Shown: positions 1 through 6,960, counted from the stretch's first letter. The stretch is DNA of 15,747 bases from an uncultured Kordia sp. (GCA_964608925.1 CAZSQD010000027.1:1-15747); one strand, 5' to 3'. Translations and numbers: made by a program. The notes: generated from the letters alone by a model not told the origin.

Positions 1-263
1 AAAATTAAGTTTTTTATAGTTTTTACAAAATTTTCAGCTTTAGGAGGTATGGTAATAATCAATACATCACTATTTAAAAATAATGAATCTATGCTGTTAT
101 TTTCTTTTTCAAATGGAATTAGAAACGGAGTAATATTCAGTTTTTCTAATTCAACTAAGTCACTTTTTTTTCTGACACTACCTAATACGTTGAAGTTTTT
201 AGTAAGTTGTTTACCTAACGGTAAACCCAACCATCCACAGCCTAAAATACTAATTTTTTGCAT
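1..263 (-). CDS. NAD(P)-binding Rossmann-fold protein, N-terminal 87 codons only (continues beyond the left window edge)
   Basis: Not in the ORF track because it is truncated. The reverse complement from ATG 263..261 reads MQKISILGCGWLGLPLGKQLTKNFNVLGSVRKKSDLVELEKLNITPFLIPFEKENNSIDSLFLNSDVLIITIPPKAENFVKTIKNLI with no stop down to base 1. An N-terminal beta strand followed by GxGxxG (GCGWLG) is the classic dinucleotide-binding signature. The ATG overlaps the 3' end of the upstream M28 gene by 14 nt (250..263), which suggests co-transcription. Confidence 0.6.
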   Translation of the reverse strand, partial: MQKISILGCGWLGLPLGKQLTKNFNVLGSVRKKSDLVELEKLNITPFLIPFEKENNSIDSLFLNSDVLIITIPPKAENFVKTIKNLI

Positions 264-2538
264 CAAAATTTATTTGTTGTTTAGTAATTACAGCATTATT
301 AATAACAAAAGGTTTCGGTATTTTATCATGCGGTCTATTTGCTGCTTGCAACTTTGTGTTTTCTAATAAATCATGAGATATTTCATAAAATTCAAGCTGA
401 GGTTTATTACTGTTGTTAATAGTAAAATCAATTTCTAAAGGCTCATTATCTACCATATAATATTGCGCAATTTGTGGGTTTCCTTTTTTATTAAATTTAG
501 AGGTGCTTTTTAAGTTTATGGGAGTTCCATTAATGCTAAATGTATTAAAATTGTTTTTGTTTTTAGACTGAATTATAATGCTATTTAAAAGCCTATTTGG
601 TTTTATGCAAAACCGAATATTACGTTGGTTATTGATAACGGTATCTAAAGAAATAACTACTGAAGTTGCTTTTAAATTAATTGGTTTTGCTTTTGAGATA
701 TGTTTAAATTTTGATTGATATTTACTATTTAATTGAGGAGCTTTTATTAAAACTTCTTGCGTGAAATACGATGCGTTCCAATTATCTAAAATGGTATCAT
801 AGCTCATCCAATAACTTTTATTGGAGGTATTATCTTGTAAAAACACCAAACTGTTTGGTTTAGGGTTTTCTGCAGAAAATTCACTTTTAAAATGTGCAGT
901 TATAAAAGTTGCAATAGCAGCAATTAGTAACAGTCTGCTCAATGTTTTTTTTCGTCTAATATGTCCGAAAACAGGTATTAGTAAGCCGAATAAAAGGGTA
1001 ACTAAAACGGTACTTGAAACTACAACTTTTAAACCTAATGCAATAGGAAATTGGAGTATAAAAGGGGCTAAAATAAAAATGGCAGGTAAGCAGAGTAGGG
1101 TGGTTGCTAAAATACTTGGTTTTTCTTTTTTTATGGAAAAAAACCATAATCCAATTGCAAAAAATACAGGAATAATAAAAAAACTGGCACCTTTTAAATA
1201 AAATGTGATTAAAAAATTAAGTAGTACCCAAATAAAAATAGGAGCAACCAACAACTCTTTAGTGTTACTTTTGGTATATACTTTTTTGTAAATATAAAAA
1301 CTGACGGAAACTGCCAATAGTGTGAAAAATAAAATATATAAATGACCATTATATGGGAATCCTTGTAAAATTTCTTGGTAATGTGGGTATGTTTTTAAAA
1401 TCAATTTCCAACCTAAAAAACCAATAATTCCGTTTATAATTAATGCTGATAAAAAGGCAATAAAACCTTTGCCTATTTCTTTGTTATTGAGTTTGTCTTG
1501 CTTTTTTCCGTAGTAAAAAACGAGTATAAAAAATAGAAGTGCAATAATTGTTAATGGTAAAATATAGGTGTATGGGTAACTGTGCATGCCTAATGGCGAG
1601 TTAAAATATACTACATCTTCAGTAGTGGTTAAATTATTTAAATTAATGTTGCTAAAATAAGTAAGTAGTGGCATTAAATAGCTTGCTTGATGTGATAGGG
1701 TGTTGTTGTCCAATCGGTCAGGAATGTCCAAGGCGGAATGGTAATCAAAATGATCATCAATAAAAGCAAAATTGAATCCTTGAATGTTAGCCGTTTCCTT
1801 GAAAACGGTTAAATCAGTACCGTTAGGCATTTTTTTGTAAATGCTATAGGCTAAAGAGTTGGCTACAGGAAATTGTGGTTTTGCCTTAATAAATTGATGT
1901 ATTAATTTAGCGTTTCCTTTGTTGGTTTCTGCTAATGTAAATGAAGGACCTCCAGTGCCACGTGCTTCAAAGTTTAAAACAAACCCAATATCTTTTATCC
2001 AAGGATGTTTGTCTACAAATAAATTTGCGCCATTTAAACCTATTTCTTCTCCGTCAGAAATTAAAATGATAATGTCGTTTTTATGTGTAGTGTTGCTGGC
2101 TAAAAAACTTCTAATTCCTTCTAAAATTACGGCAACACCACTTGCGGCATCACTTGCTCCATAGCTGGTGCTTCCTGCGCTATCATAATGGCTCATAATT
2201 AATAAAGCTTTACCTTTTTCAGTTCCTTTTATGCGTGCAACTACATTTTTTACTTTTGCAAAAGTTCCCCAATTGCTAAAGCTATTACCTTCTTGTGTAT
2301 GTACTTCAATGCCCATTTTTTCCAATTCATCAATACAATATTGCATTGCATACTCATGAGCTATGGTTGCCATTGCATGTGGTTTTTTTGCCAATTGTTG
2401 CACGTGTTGGTGTGCTTTTTTATTTGAAAATTGAGTTTCAGTGGGGTTATCTATAAAATTATTTTCAGGCATTTGTAAATGAATACTAGAAAATATAGCT
2501 AAACAGATAATGAGTGTGGCGAGCAGTTTTTTAAACAT
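250..2538 (-). CDS. M28-family zinc metallopeptidase (aminopeptidase-like) fused to a polytopic membrane domain and a C-terminal soluble domain
   Basis: 762-aa ORF with an ATG start. It has an N-terminal signal/anchor (LLATLIICLAIFSSI). M28 hallmarks are present: SHYDSAG, ASDAASGVAVILE, ISDGEEIGLNGANLF, NFEARG. About 8-9 hydrophobic helices follow (residues ~330-560), then a ~200-aa tail. Confidence 0.88.
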   Translation of the reverse strand: MFKKLLATLIICLAIFSSIHLQMPENNFIDNPTETQFSNKKAHQHVQQLAKKPHAMATIAHEYAMQYCIDELEKMGIEVHTQEGNSFSNWGTFAKVKNVVARIKGTEKGKALLIMSHYDSAGSTSYGASDAASGVAVILEGIRSFLASNTTHKNDIIILISDGEEIGLNGANLFVDKHPWIKDIGFVLNFEARGTGGPSFTLAETNKGNAKLIHQFIKAKPQFPVANSLAYSIYKKMPNGTDLTVFKETANIQGFNFAFIDDHFDYHSALDIPDRLDNNTLSHQASYLMPLLTYFSNINLNNLTTTEDVVYFNSPLGMHSYPYTYILPLTIIALLFFILVFYYGKKQDKLNNKEIGKGFIAFLSALIINGIIGFLGWKLILKTYPHYQEILQGFPYNGHLYILFFTLLAVSVSFYIYKKVYTKSNTKELLVAPIFIWVLLNFLITFYLKGASFFIIPVFFAIGLWFFSIKKEKPSILATTLLCLPAIFILAPFILQFPIALGLKVVVSSTVLVTLLFGLLIPVFGHIRRKKTLSRLLLIAAIATFITAHFKSEFSAENPKPNSLVFLQDNTSNKSYWMSYDTILDNWNASYFTQEVLIKAPQLNSKYQSKFKHISKAKPINLKATSVVISLDTVINNQRNIRFCIKPNRLLNSIIIQSKNKNNFNTFSINGTPINLKSTSKFNKKGNPQIAQYYMVDNEPLEIDFTINNSNKPQLEFYEISHDLLENTKLQAANRPHDKIPKPFVINNAVITKQQINFDAKN

Positions 2539-2547
2539 AAGGAGGTA

Positions 2548-2576
2548 TTAAAAGATTGAAAATTAAAAGATTGAAA
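2548..2576. repeat. Perfect 14-bp tandem direct repeat TTAAAAGATTGAAA x2 (copies 2548..2561 and 2563..2576, 1-nt spacer)
   Basis: Read directly from the sequence. It lies in the 50-nt gap between the zinc-ribbon gene stop (2589) and the M28 start (2538), 10 nt upstream of the M28 ATG on the minus strand. Confidence 0.9.
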
Positions 2577-2588
2577 TATTTAAAAACG

Positions 2589-2936
2589 CTACTCCTTTCG
2601 TTTCACTAAAGCGTAATATTCATGTTCTAAGGGTAAATAACCTTGGTTATAGACAAAGTAATAAACCGTGCCTACTTTTGTGGTGTAAATAGAGGTGAAG
2701 TAGTTAAAGTCGAAACCTTTTTCAATGAGTTTACTTCTGCTAATTTTACGTTTATCGTCAGGGTTGAGTGCTTCTAAAATTCGGTAATTTTTACGCAATC
2801 TATTATTGGTGTTGCGTATTAAGTTTTTAGAATCCTTGTTCATTCGGTTATTGAACTCGTTCCTACAACTATCATCACAAAACTTTTTATCAGCACGCCC
2901 TTTTATGGGTTCATTACATTCTTGGCAGTTTTTCAT
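2589..2936 (-). CDS. Small Cys4 zinc-ribbon protein of unknown function (conserved hypothetical)
   Basis: 115-aa ORF. The N-terminus has C4-x2-C7-x12-C20-x3-C24 (CQEC...KFCDDSC). A strongly basic stretch follows (NNRMNKDSKNLIRNTNNRLRKNYR), then an aromatic, beta-rich C-terminus (YYFVYNQGYLPLEHEYYALV). The start lies 3 nt after the GNAT stop. There is no signal peptide. Confidence 0.75.
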   Translation of the reverse strand: MKNCQECNEPIKGRADKKFCDDSCRNEFNNRMNKDSKNLIRNTNNRLRKNYRILEALNPDDKRKISRSKLIEKGFDFNYFTSIYTTKVGTVYYFVYNQGYLPLEHEYYALVKRKE

Positions 2937-2939
2937 AAT

Positions 2940-3464
2940 TTATTTTTTTAGTTCGTGCCAGTTACAAAGTGTATCGTCTTTATAATAAAAGGCATTAATA
3001 TGTTGCAAGCCTATTTTTTGTAAAACTTTATTAGAAGCAATATTGTTAGCGTCAGCAATACCTGTAATGGTTTGCAATTTCATGGTGTTAAAACCGTACG
3101 TTAAACTTGCAATTGCAGTTTCGGTAGCATAACCTTTACCCCAATATTTAGGAATAAAACGGTAGCCAACATCATAAAAATTAATTTGATTGTTAAGTTT
3201 TTCTTCGGTATTTAATTTTAACCCAGACCAACCTATAAAATCACCAGATGCTTTTTTAATAACCGCCCATCTGCCAATTTGGTGTGCTTTATATTGTTGT
3301 TGAATATAGTTGATGTTTTTTAAAGCTTCTTCCTTTTTAGTAATAGGACTATTACCTAAATACAAATGTACTTTAGGATCCGCATCTAATGTAAACATGC
3401 CATCAATATCAATGAGTTGTATATCTCTTAAAATAAGCCGTTTGGTTTCTATGTGAAATTTCAT
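2940..3464 (-). CDS. GNAT-family N-acetyltransferase (RimJ/RimL-like, Acetyltransf_3 type)
   Basis: 174-aa ORF. The N-terminus TKRLILRDIQLIDIDGMF is typical of the RimJ/RimL-like subgroup. The acetyl-CoA-binding region is KYWGKGYATE. The start lies 1 nt after the DUF1287 stop. Confidence 0.85.
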   Translation of the reverse strand: MKFHIETKRLILRDIQLIDIDGMFTLDADPKVHLYLGNSPITKKEEALKNINYIQQQYKAHQIGRWAVIKKASGDFIGWSGLKLNTEEKLNNQINFYDVGYRFIPKYWGKGYATETAIASLTYGFNTMKLQTITGIADANNIASNKVLQKIGLQHINAFYYKDDTLCNWHELKK

Positions 3465-3465
3465 A

Positions 3466-4041
3466 TTATTTTTTATATTGATAATGACCTATTATTTTAT
3501 ATTGAAATAATACATCTTCTATTACTTGTCCGCTACCAATATTATGGACTATTAAATTTCGTTTTCCGTCTATTGATTTTTTATTAATAAGAATACCTAT
3601 GTGAGTAATGGCTCCGCCTAAATTCCAAGCAATAATATCACCTGGTAAATAATTTTTTGGATTTTGAGTAATAGGAAGTGCTGCTTTATTTCGTTTAAAA
3701 AAGCGCATTAAATTGGGTACACGTCTATGATCAATATTAGTGTCGGTACGTTTTAAATTCCATAATTTCGGATAGCTGCTAAAGTTTGCTTTCATATCAA
3801 TGTGTACCTCTTTTTGTAGGTCAATCCCCATTTTTCGGTAAGCTCTAATGATAACATCTGTACAAACGCCTTTTCCATTTGGAACGTCACCATTTGGATA
3901 ATCAATTGAAAAATAACTAGGGTCGTATATTACGTTTTCTAGGGTAAGTTCTATAGCGCAATTACTTAAATCACTATAAAAATTTTGAGCAACCGTTTGA
4001 AAACTTAAAAATAAGGCAAATATATAAATGCGTACAATCAT
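3466..4041 (-). CDS. DUF1287-family exported protein (NlpC/P60-like Cys/His arrangement)
   Basis: The track ORF 3466..4071 begins at a TTG. The first ATG (4041) gives MIVRIYIFALFLSFQTVAQ, a clean signal peptide, so I prefer 4041. Family recognition rests on DYPNGDVPNGKGVCTDVIIRAYRKMGIDLQ, HRRVPNLMRFF, PGDIIAW and ITHIGILI. Confidence 0.8.
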   Translation of the reverse strand: MIVRIYIFALFLSFQTVAQNFYSDLSNCAIELTLENVIYDPSYFSIDYPNGDVPNGKGVCTDVIIRAYRKMGIDLQKEVHIDMKANFSSYPKLWNLKRTDTNIDHRRVPNLMRFFKRNKAALPITQNPKNYLPGDIIAWNLGGAITHIGILINKKSIDGKRNLIVHNIGSGQVIEDVLFQYKIIGHYQYKK

Positions 4042-4050
4042 GCGTACAAT
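4028..4050. repeat. 11-bp tandem direct repeat ATGCGTACAAT x2 (4028..4038, 4040..4050), part of a wider TACAA-core array extending to 4092
   Basis: Read directly from the sequence. It overlaps the preferred DUF1287 start codon (4041..4039). TACAA cores begin at 4033, 4045, 4052, 4067, 4077 and 4087. Confidence 0.85.
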
Positions 4051-4364
4051 ATACAAAAAATCCACGTACAAACGGTTACAAATACTTACAATCGACAGTA
4101 AGTATGTAAATACCGATTAAAATTAGGAACCCATCTCATCTTTGCAGTGTCGAAACATCAGAACTCGATAGTATACATGCCAAATATGCATTAAGATGAT
4201 TAATAAAAACCGTTTCTTTTTATCTTCTTCTTTGTTTGAAAATTATTTCATAATAATACTATGTTAAAATTTTAAAACTTCAAATAAGAAAAAAATAATT
4301 CAATTTTTAAATCAATAATCGTAACACACATTTGGCACACTGTTTAACATTAAATAAAATTATT

Positions 4365-4703
4365 ATGAGCACATTAAGAAACAAAGTACAGTTGATTGGA
4401 AATTTAGGTACACAACCAGAAATCATTAATCTTGAAAGCGGTAAAATGTTAGCCAAATTTACCATGGCAACTAACGAGCATTATAAAAATGCAAAAGGAG
4501 AAAAAGTGACCGATACCCAATGGCACAACATTGTAGCATGGGGAAAAACCGCACAAATTATTGAACAGTATTTAAATAAAGGGCAAGAAGTTGCTGTAGA
4601 GGGGAAGTTAACCACTCGTAGTTGGGATGATAAAGAGGGTAACAAGCGTTATATGACAGAAATTGTTTGTAATGAATTGTTAATGATGGGAGATAAAAAG
4701 TAG
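4365..4703 (+). CDS. ssb: Single-stranded DNA-binding protein, short OB-fold-only form (112 aa) lacking the C-terminal acidic tip
   Basis: The track ORF starts at TTG 4332. The ATG at 4365 gives MSTLRNKVQLIGNLGTQPE, the canonical SSB N-terminus. The motifs WHNIVAWGK, GQEVAVEGKL.TRSW.D and GNKRYMTEIVCNEL are typical of the SSB OB fold. The protein ends MMGDKK with no Gly/Pro-rich linker and no D-D-D-I-P-F-like tail. Confidence 0.88.
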   Translation: MSTLRNKVQLIGNLGTQPEIINLESGKMLAKFTMATNEHYKNAKGEKVTDTQWHNIVAWGKTAQIIEQYLNKGQEVAVEGKLTTRSWDDKEGNKRYMTEIVCNELLMMGDKK

Positions 4704-4728
4704 ATATTAGTCTAGTTTAAATTGGTAT

Positions 4729-4776
4729 AAACCCTTTTGATGTTATTTTTTAGCAGCAAAAGGGTTTTGGTTTTTA
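4729..4776 (+). terminator. Rho-independent terminator after ssb
   Basis: The 11-bp perfect stem AAACCCTTTTG (4729..4739) pairs with CAAAAGGGTTT (4757..4767) around a 17-nt loop, followed by TGGTTTTT. Confidence 0.8.
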
Positions 4777-4826
4777 AAAAAAGGAATAGTGTAATAAATA
4801 TTACATAATGTTACTTCTAAAAGTTT

Positions 4827-4834
4827 TAAATTTG
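4827..4834 (+). promoter_or_regulatory. Bacteroidetes -7 promoter box (TAAATTTG, consensus TAnnTTTG)
   Basis: Exact match to the consensus, 16 nt upstream of the ATG at 4851. No clear -33 TTTG partner is present. Confidence 0.4.
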
Positions 4835-4850
4835 TGTAAAAATAAAATTT

Positions 4851-4967
4851 ATGAGCACCACATCTTACATTGTTATTGCGGTTATTATCTTACATTTTGT
4901 AATTGGTTTTGGGTATTTAATATATAAACTTTCTCCTAAAAAAGAAGACGAAGCAAATAAGAAGTAG
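4851..4967 (+). CDS. 38-aa single-pass membrane mini-protein (hypothetical)
   Basis: Below the ORF-track size cutoff. The sequence is ATG..TAG, MSTTSYIVIAVIILHFVIGFGYLIYKLSPKKEDEANKK. It has one hydrophobic helix and a positively charged C-tail. It is preceded by a TAnnTTTG box and sits alone in a 455-nt gap that otherwise lacks ORFs. Confidence 0.45.
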   Translation: MSTTSYIVIAVIILHFVIGFGYLIYKLSPKKEDEANKK

Positions 4968-5158
4968 TATTGTTATTTTTTTAGAGAATAAATGCCGTAA
5001 TAGTATTAAAAATTTAGATATAAGTTTTAAAAAAAAACTAGAAATTCTTAATTTATTAGGTTTTAATACATATTATTAAACAATGCTATTTAATACTAAT
5101 GAATAAATACTTAAATTAGCAAATTAAATTAGTGTATAAAGCTAAAAAGAAGATTAGA

Positions 5159-6214
5159 ATGAATGTAAAAATAACTGGAGTAGGTAGTTATGTGCCTACT
5201 AAAAAAATACCAAATTCAGCTTTTGGTGCGCATCAGTTTTTTAATGAAGACGGTACTGTTTTTAAACAAAACAATGCTATCATTATCAAAAAATTTGTAG
5301 CCATTACGGGTATTGAAGAGCGTTGTTATGCAGCGGAAAATCAAACTACTTCTGATTTAGGTTATTTTGCAGCTCAAAAAGCAATTGAAGATGCAGGTAT
5401 TGATCCAGAAACATTAGATTATATTATAGTAGCCAGTAATTATGGTGATGTAAAGCACAATAATATACAGTCTGATACTGTACCTAGTATAGCATCACGT
5501 ATAAAACATAAATTGCGAATTGAAAACCCAAAATGTGTAGCGTATGATATGCTTTTTGGTTGCCCAGGTTGGGTAGAAGCCACTATACACGCACAAGCAT
5601 TTATTAAAGCTGGTATCGCAAAAAAATGTTTGGTAATTGGAGCAGAAACCTTATCAAGAGTAACAGATCCGCATGATAGAGATTCTATGATTTATGCTGA
5701 TGGTGCAGGAGCAGTAGTATTAGAAAAATCAGATGAAGTAGGGGTTTTAGCACATGAAAGCGCAAGTTATACATTTGAAGAGTCAGATTTTATTAACTTT
5801 GGTTGTTCCTTTAATAAAGAGGTAACGGATGGTACACGATATATTAAAATGAAAGGACGTAAAATTTACGAATTTGCATTAATAAGAGTGCCAGAAGCTA
5901 TGAAATCATGTTTAGGTAAAAGTGGAGTAGATATCAAAGATTTAAAAAAGGTATTCATACATCAAGCTAATGAAAAAATGGACGAAGCTATTTTAGAGCG
6001 TTTTTATAAATTATATGATTTAGAAGTGCCAAATGGCATTATGCCAATGACTATAAATAAATTAGGTAATAGCTCCGTAGCAACAGTGCCAACTGTTTTT
6101 GATTTAGTAAAACGTGGAGTGTTAGAAAATCATAAAATTGAAAAAGGAGATGTAGTTATGTTTGCCAGCGTAGGAGCAGGGATGAACATAAACGCTATTG
6201 TATACCAATATTAA
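5159..6214 (+). CDS. 3-oxoacyl-ACP synthase III family protein (FabH-like KAS III)
   Basis: The track ORF starts at GTG 5132. The ATG at 5159 gives MNVKITGVGSYVP, a typical KAS III N-terminus. The Cys-His-Asn triad contexts are intact: FGCPGW, IHQANEKM and GNSSVATVP. The tail is ASVGAGMN. Confidence 0.88.
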   Translation: MNVKITGVGSYVPTKKIPNSAFGAHQFFNEDGTVFKQNNAIIIKKFVAITGIEERCYAAENQTTSDLGYFAAQKAIEDAGIDPETLDYIIVASNYGDVKHNNIQSDTVPSIASRIKHKLRIENPKCVAYDMLFGCPGWVEATIHAQAFIKAGIAKKCLVIGAETLSRVTDPHDRDSMIYADGAGAVVLEKSDEVGVLAHESASYTFEESDFINFGCSFNKEVTDGTRYIKMKGRKIYEFALIRVPEAMKSCLGKSGVDIKDLKKVFIHQANEKMDEAILERFYKLYDLEVPNGIMPMTINKLGNSSVATVPTVFDLVKRGVLENHKIEKGDVVMFASVGAGMNINAIVYQY

Positions 6215-6217
6215 ACT

Positions 6218-6748
6218 ATGTACGAAGCTAATTTTCCGAACAAACGTTTTAAGCATACCCTTGAATTTTTAGAAAAACACATTACTAAAGACGAAAAAAT
6301 ATTAGATTTAGGAGTACCCAATCCGTTTTCTGAAATGATGCAAGCAAGAGGTTTTCAAGTGCAAAATACCAAGGGAGAAGATTTGGATGTTGACTTTTCA
6401 ACATTACAAAGCTCAGTATATACCGTAACCACCGCATTTGAAATATTTGAGCATTTTTTAGCGCCACTTAACGCATTAAAAGAGCTAAAAGGTGATAAAT
6501 TAGTAACCTCAGTACCCTTAATACTATGGTTTTCTTCCGCCTATAAAAGTAAAACCGACAAATGGGATAGACATTACCATGAATTTGAAGATTGGCAATT
6601 TGATTGGCTTTTAGAAAAAGCAGGATGGAAAATTATAGCCAAAGAAAAATTTACACATCCCGTAAAAAAAATAGGATTCCGACCCTTATTACGCTTATTT
6701 ACACCACGCTATTATTTAGTATATGCGGAGAGAGTGATTGGAGATTAG
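6218..6748 (+). CDS. Short class-I methyltransferase-fold protein with a degenerate SAM motif I
   Basis: 176-aa ORF starting 3 nt after the KAS III stop. ILDLGVPNP occupies the position of the hhDxGxGxG motif I. AFEIFEHF resembles the xxxVLEH motif of Methyltransf_11/23-type enzymes. Assigned by motif only. Confidence 0.6.
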   Translation: MYEANFPNKRFKHTLEFLEKHITKDEKILDLGVPNPFSEMMQARGFQVQNTKGEDLDVDFSTLQSSVYTVTTAFEIFEHFLAPLNALKELKGDKLVTSVPLILWFSSAYKSKTDKWDRHYHEFEDWQFDWLLEKAGWKIIAKEKFTHPVKKIGFRPLLRLFTPRYYLVYAERVIGD

Positions 6749-6856
6749 TAATTTTAATTATCGGTAAATTGATAGTATACCAATTTAATTTTTTAATGCC
6801 GCATAAATGAATTAAATGATTTCATTGCGACATTAGATTGTTAAATAGGTATTAGG

Positions 6857-6890
6857 CCTCACAGGTTTTTAAAACCTGTGAGGTCTTTTT
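6857..6890 (+). terminator. Rho-independent terminator closing the KAS III / methyltransferase-like operon
   Basis: Perfect 13-bp palindromic arms CCTCACAGGTTTT (6857..6869) and AAAACCTGTGAGG (6871..6883), followed by TCTTTTT. Confidence 0.85.
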
Positions 6891-6943
6891 GTATTAAAAC
6901 AAAAAATAATCAAATGGAGTAAGTGACTAAAATAGATATACGC

Positions 6944-6951
6944 TATCTTTG
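6944..6951 (+). promoter_or_regulatory. Bacteroidetes -7 promoter box (TATCTTTG)
   Basis: Exact TAnnTTTG match 9 nt upstream of the GT2 ATG (6961) and downstream of the strong terminator. This implies an independent transcript with a very short leader. Confidence 0.45.
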
Positions 6952-6960
6952 AAACCAATT

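Noticed and set aside
49-366. 105-aa plus-strand ORF at the left edge
   Set aside because: It lies entirely antisense to the Rossmann-fold gene (1..263) and the 3' end of the M28 gene, both of which have clear protein signatures. Its sequence is low-complexity and Phe/Leu/Asn/Ser-rich, typical of antisense frames in AT-rich DNA.
821-2164. ORFs 821..1201(+), 956..1147(-) and 1919..2164(+) inside the M28 gene
   Set aside because: They are antisense or off-frame shadows within a 762-aa gene with strong family motifs. They have no motifs, no promoter boxes and biased composition.
2541-2546. GGAGGT Shine-Dalgarno-like hexamer
   Set aside because: It is on the plus strand, where no ORF follows. 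The adjacent gene is on the minus strand, and Bacteroidota genes in this window show no SD usage.
4105-4330. Possible riboswitch or small RNA in the long ssb upstream region
   Set aside because: I found only weak 4-5-bp pairings (e.g. AAGAT...ATCTT, TCGA...TCGA). I recognise no known riboswitch core, tRNA-like arm or terminator here. Without comparative data I cannot support an RNA call, so it is kept only as a question under the SSB finding.
4332-4364. N-terminal extensions from non-ATG starts used by the ORF track (TTG 4332, TTG 4071, GTG 5132, TTG 6949, TTG 10062, TTG 15579)
   Set aside because: In each case a downstream ATG gives the canonical family N-terminus or a signal peptide, and in two cases a -7 promoter box overlaps the proposed upstream start. 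For 15579 the frame is open further upstream to the window edge, so the TTG is internal.
6285-6810. ORFs 6285..6467(-) and 6604..6810(+)
   Set aside because: They overlap the methyltransferase-like CDS in other frames. The second runs into the intergenic region but has no start context or recognisable features.
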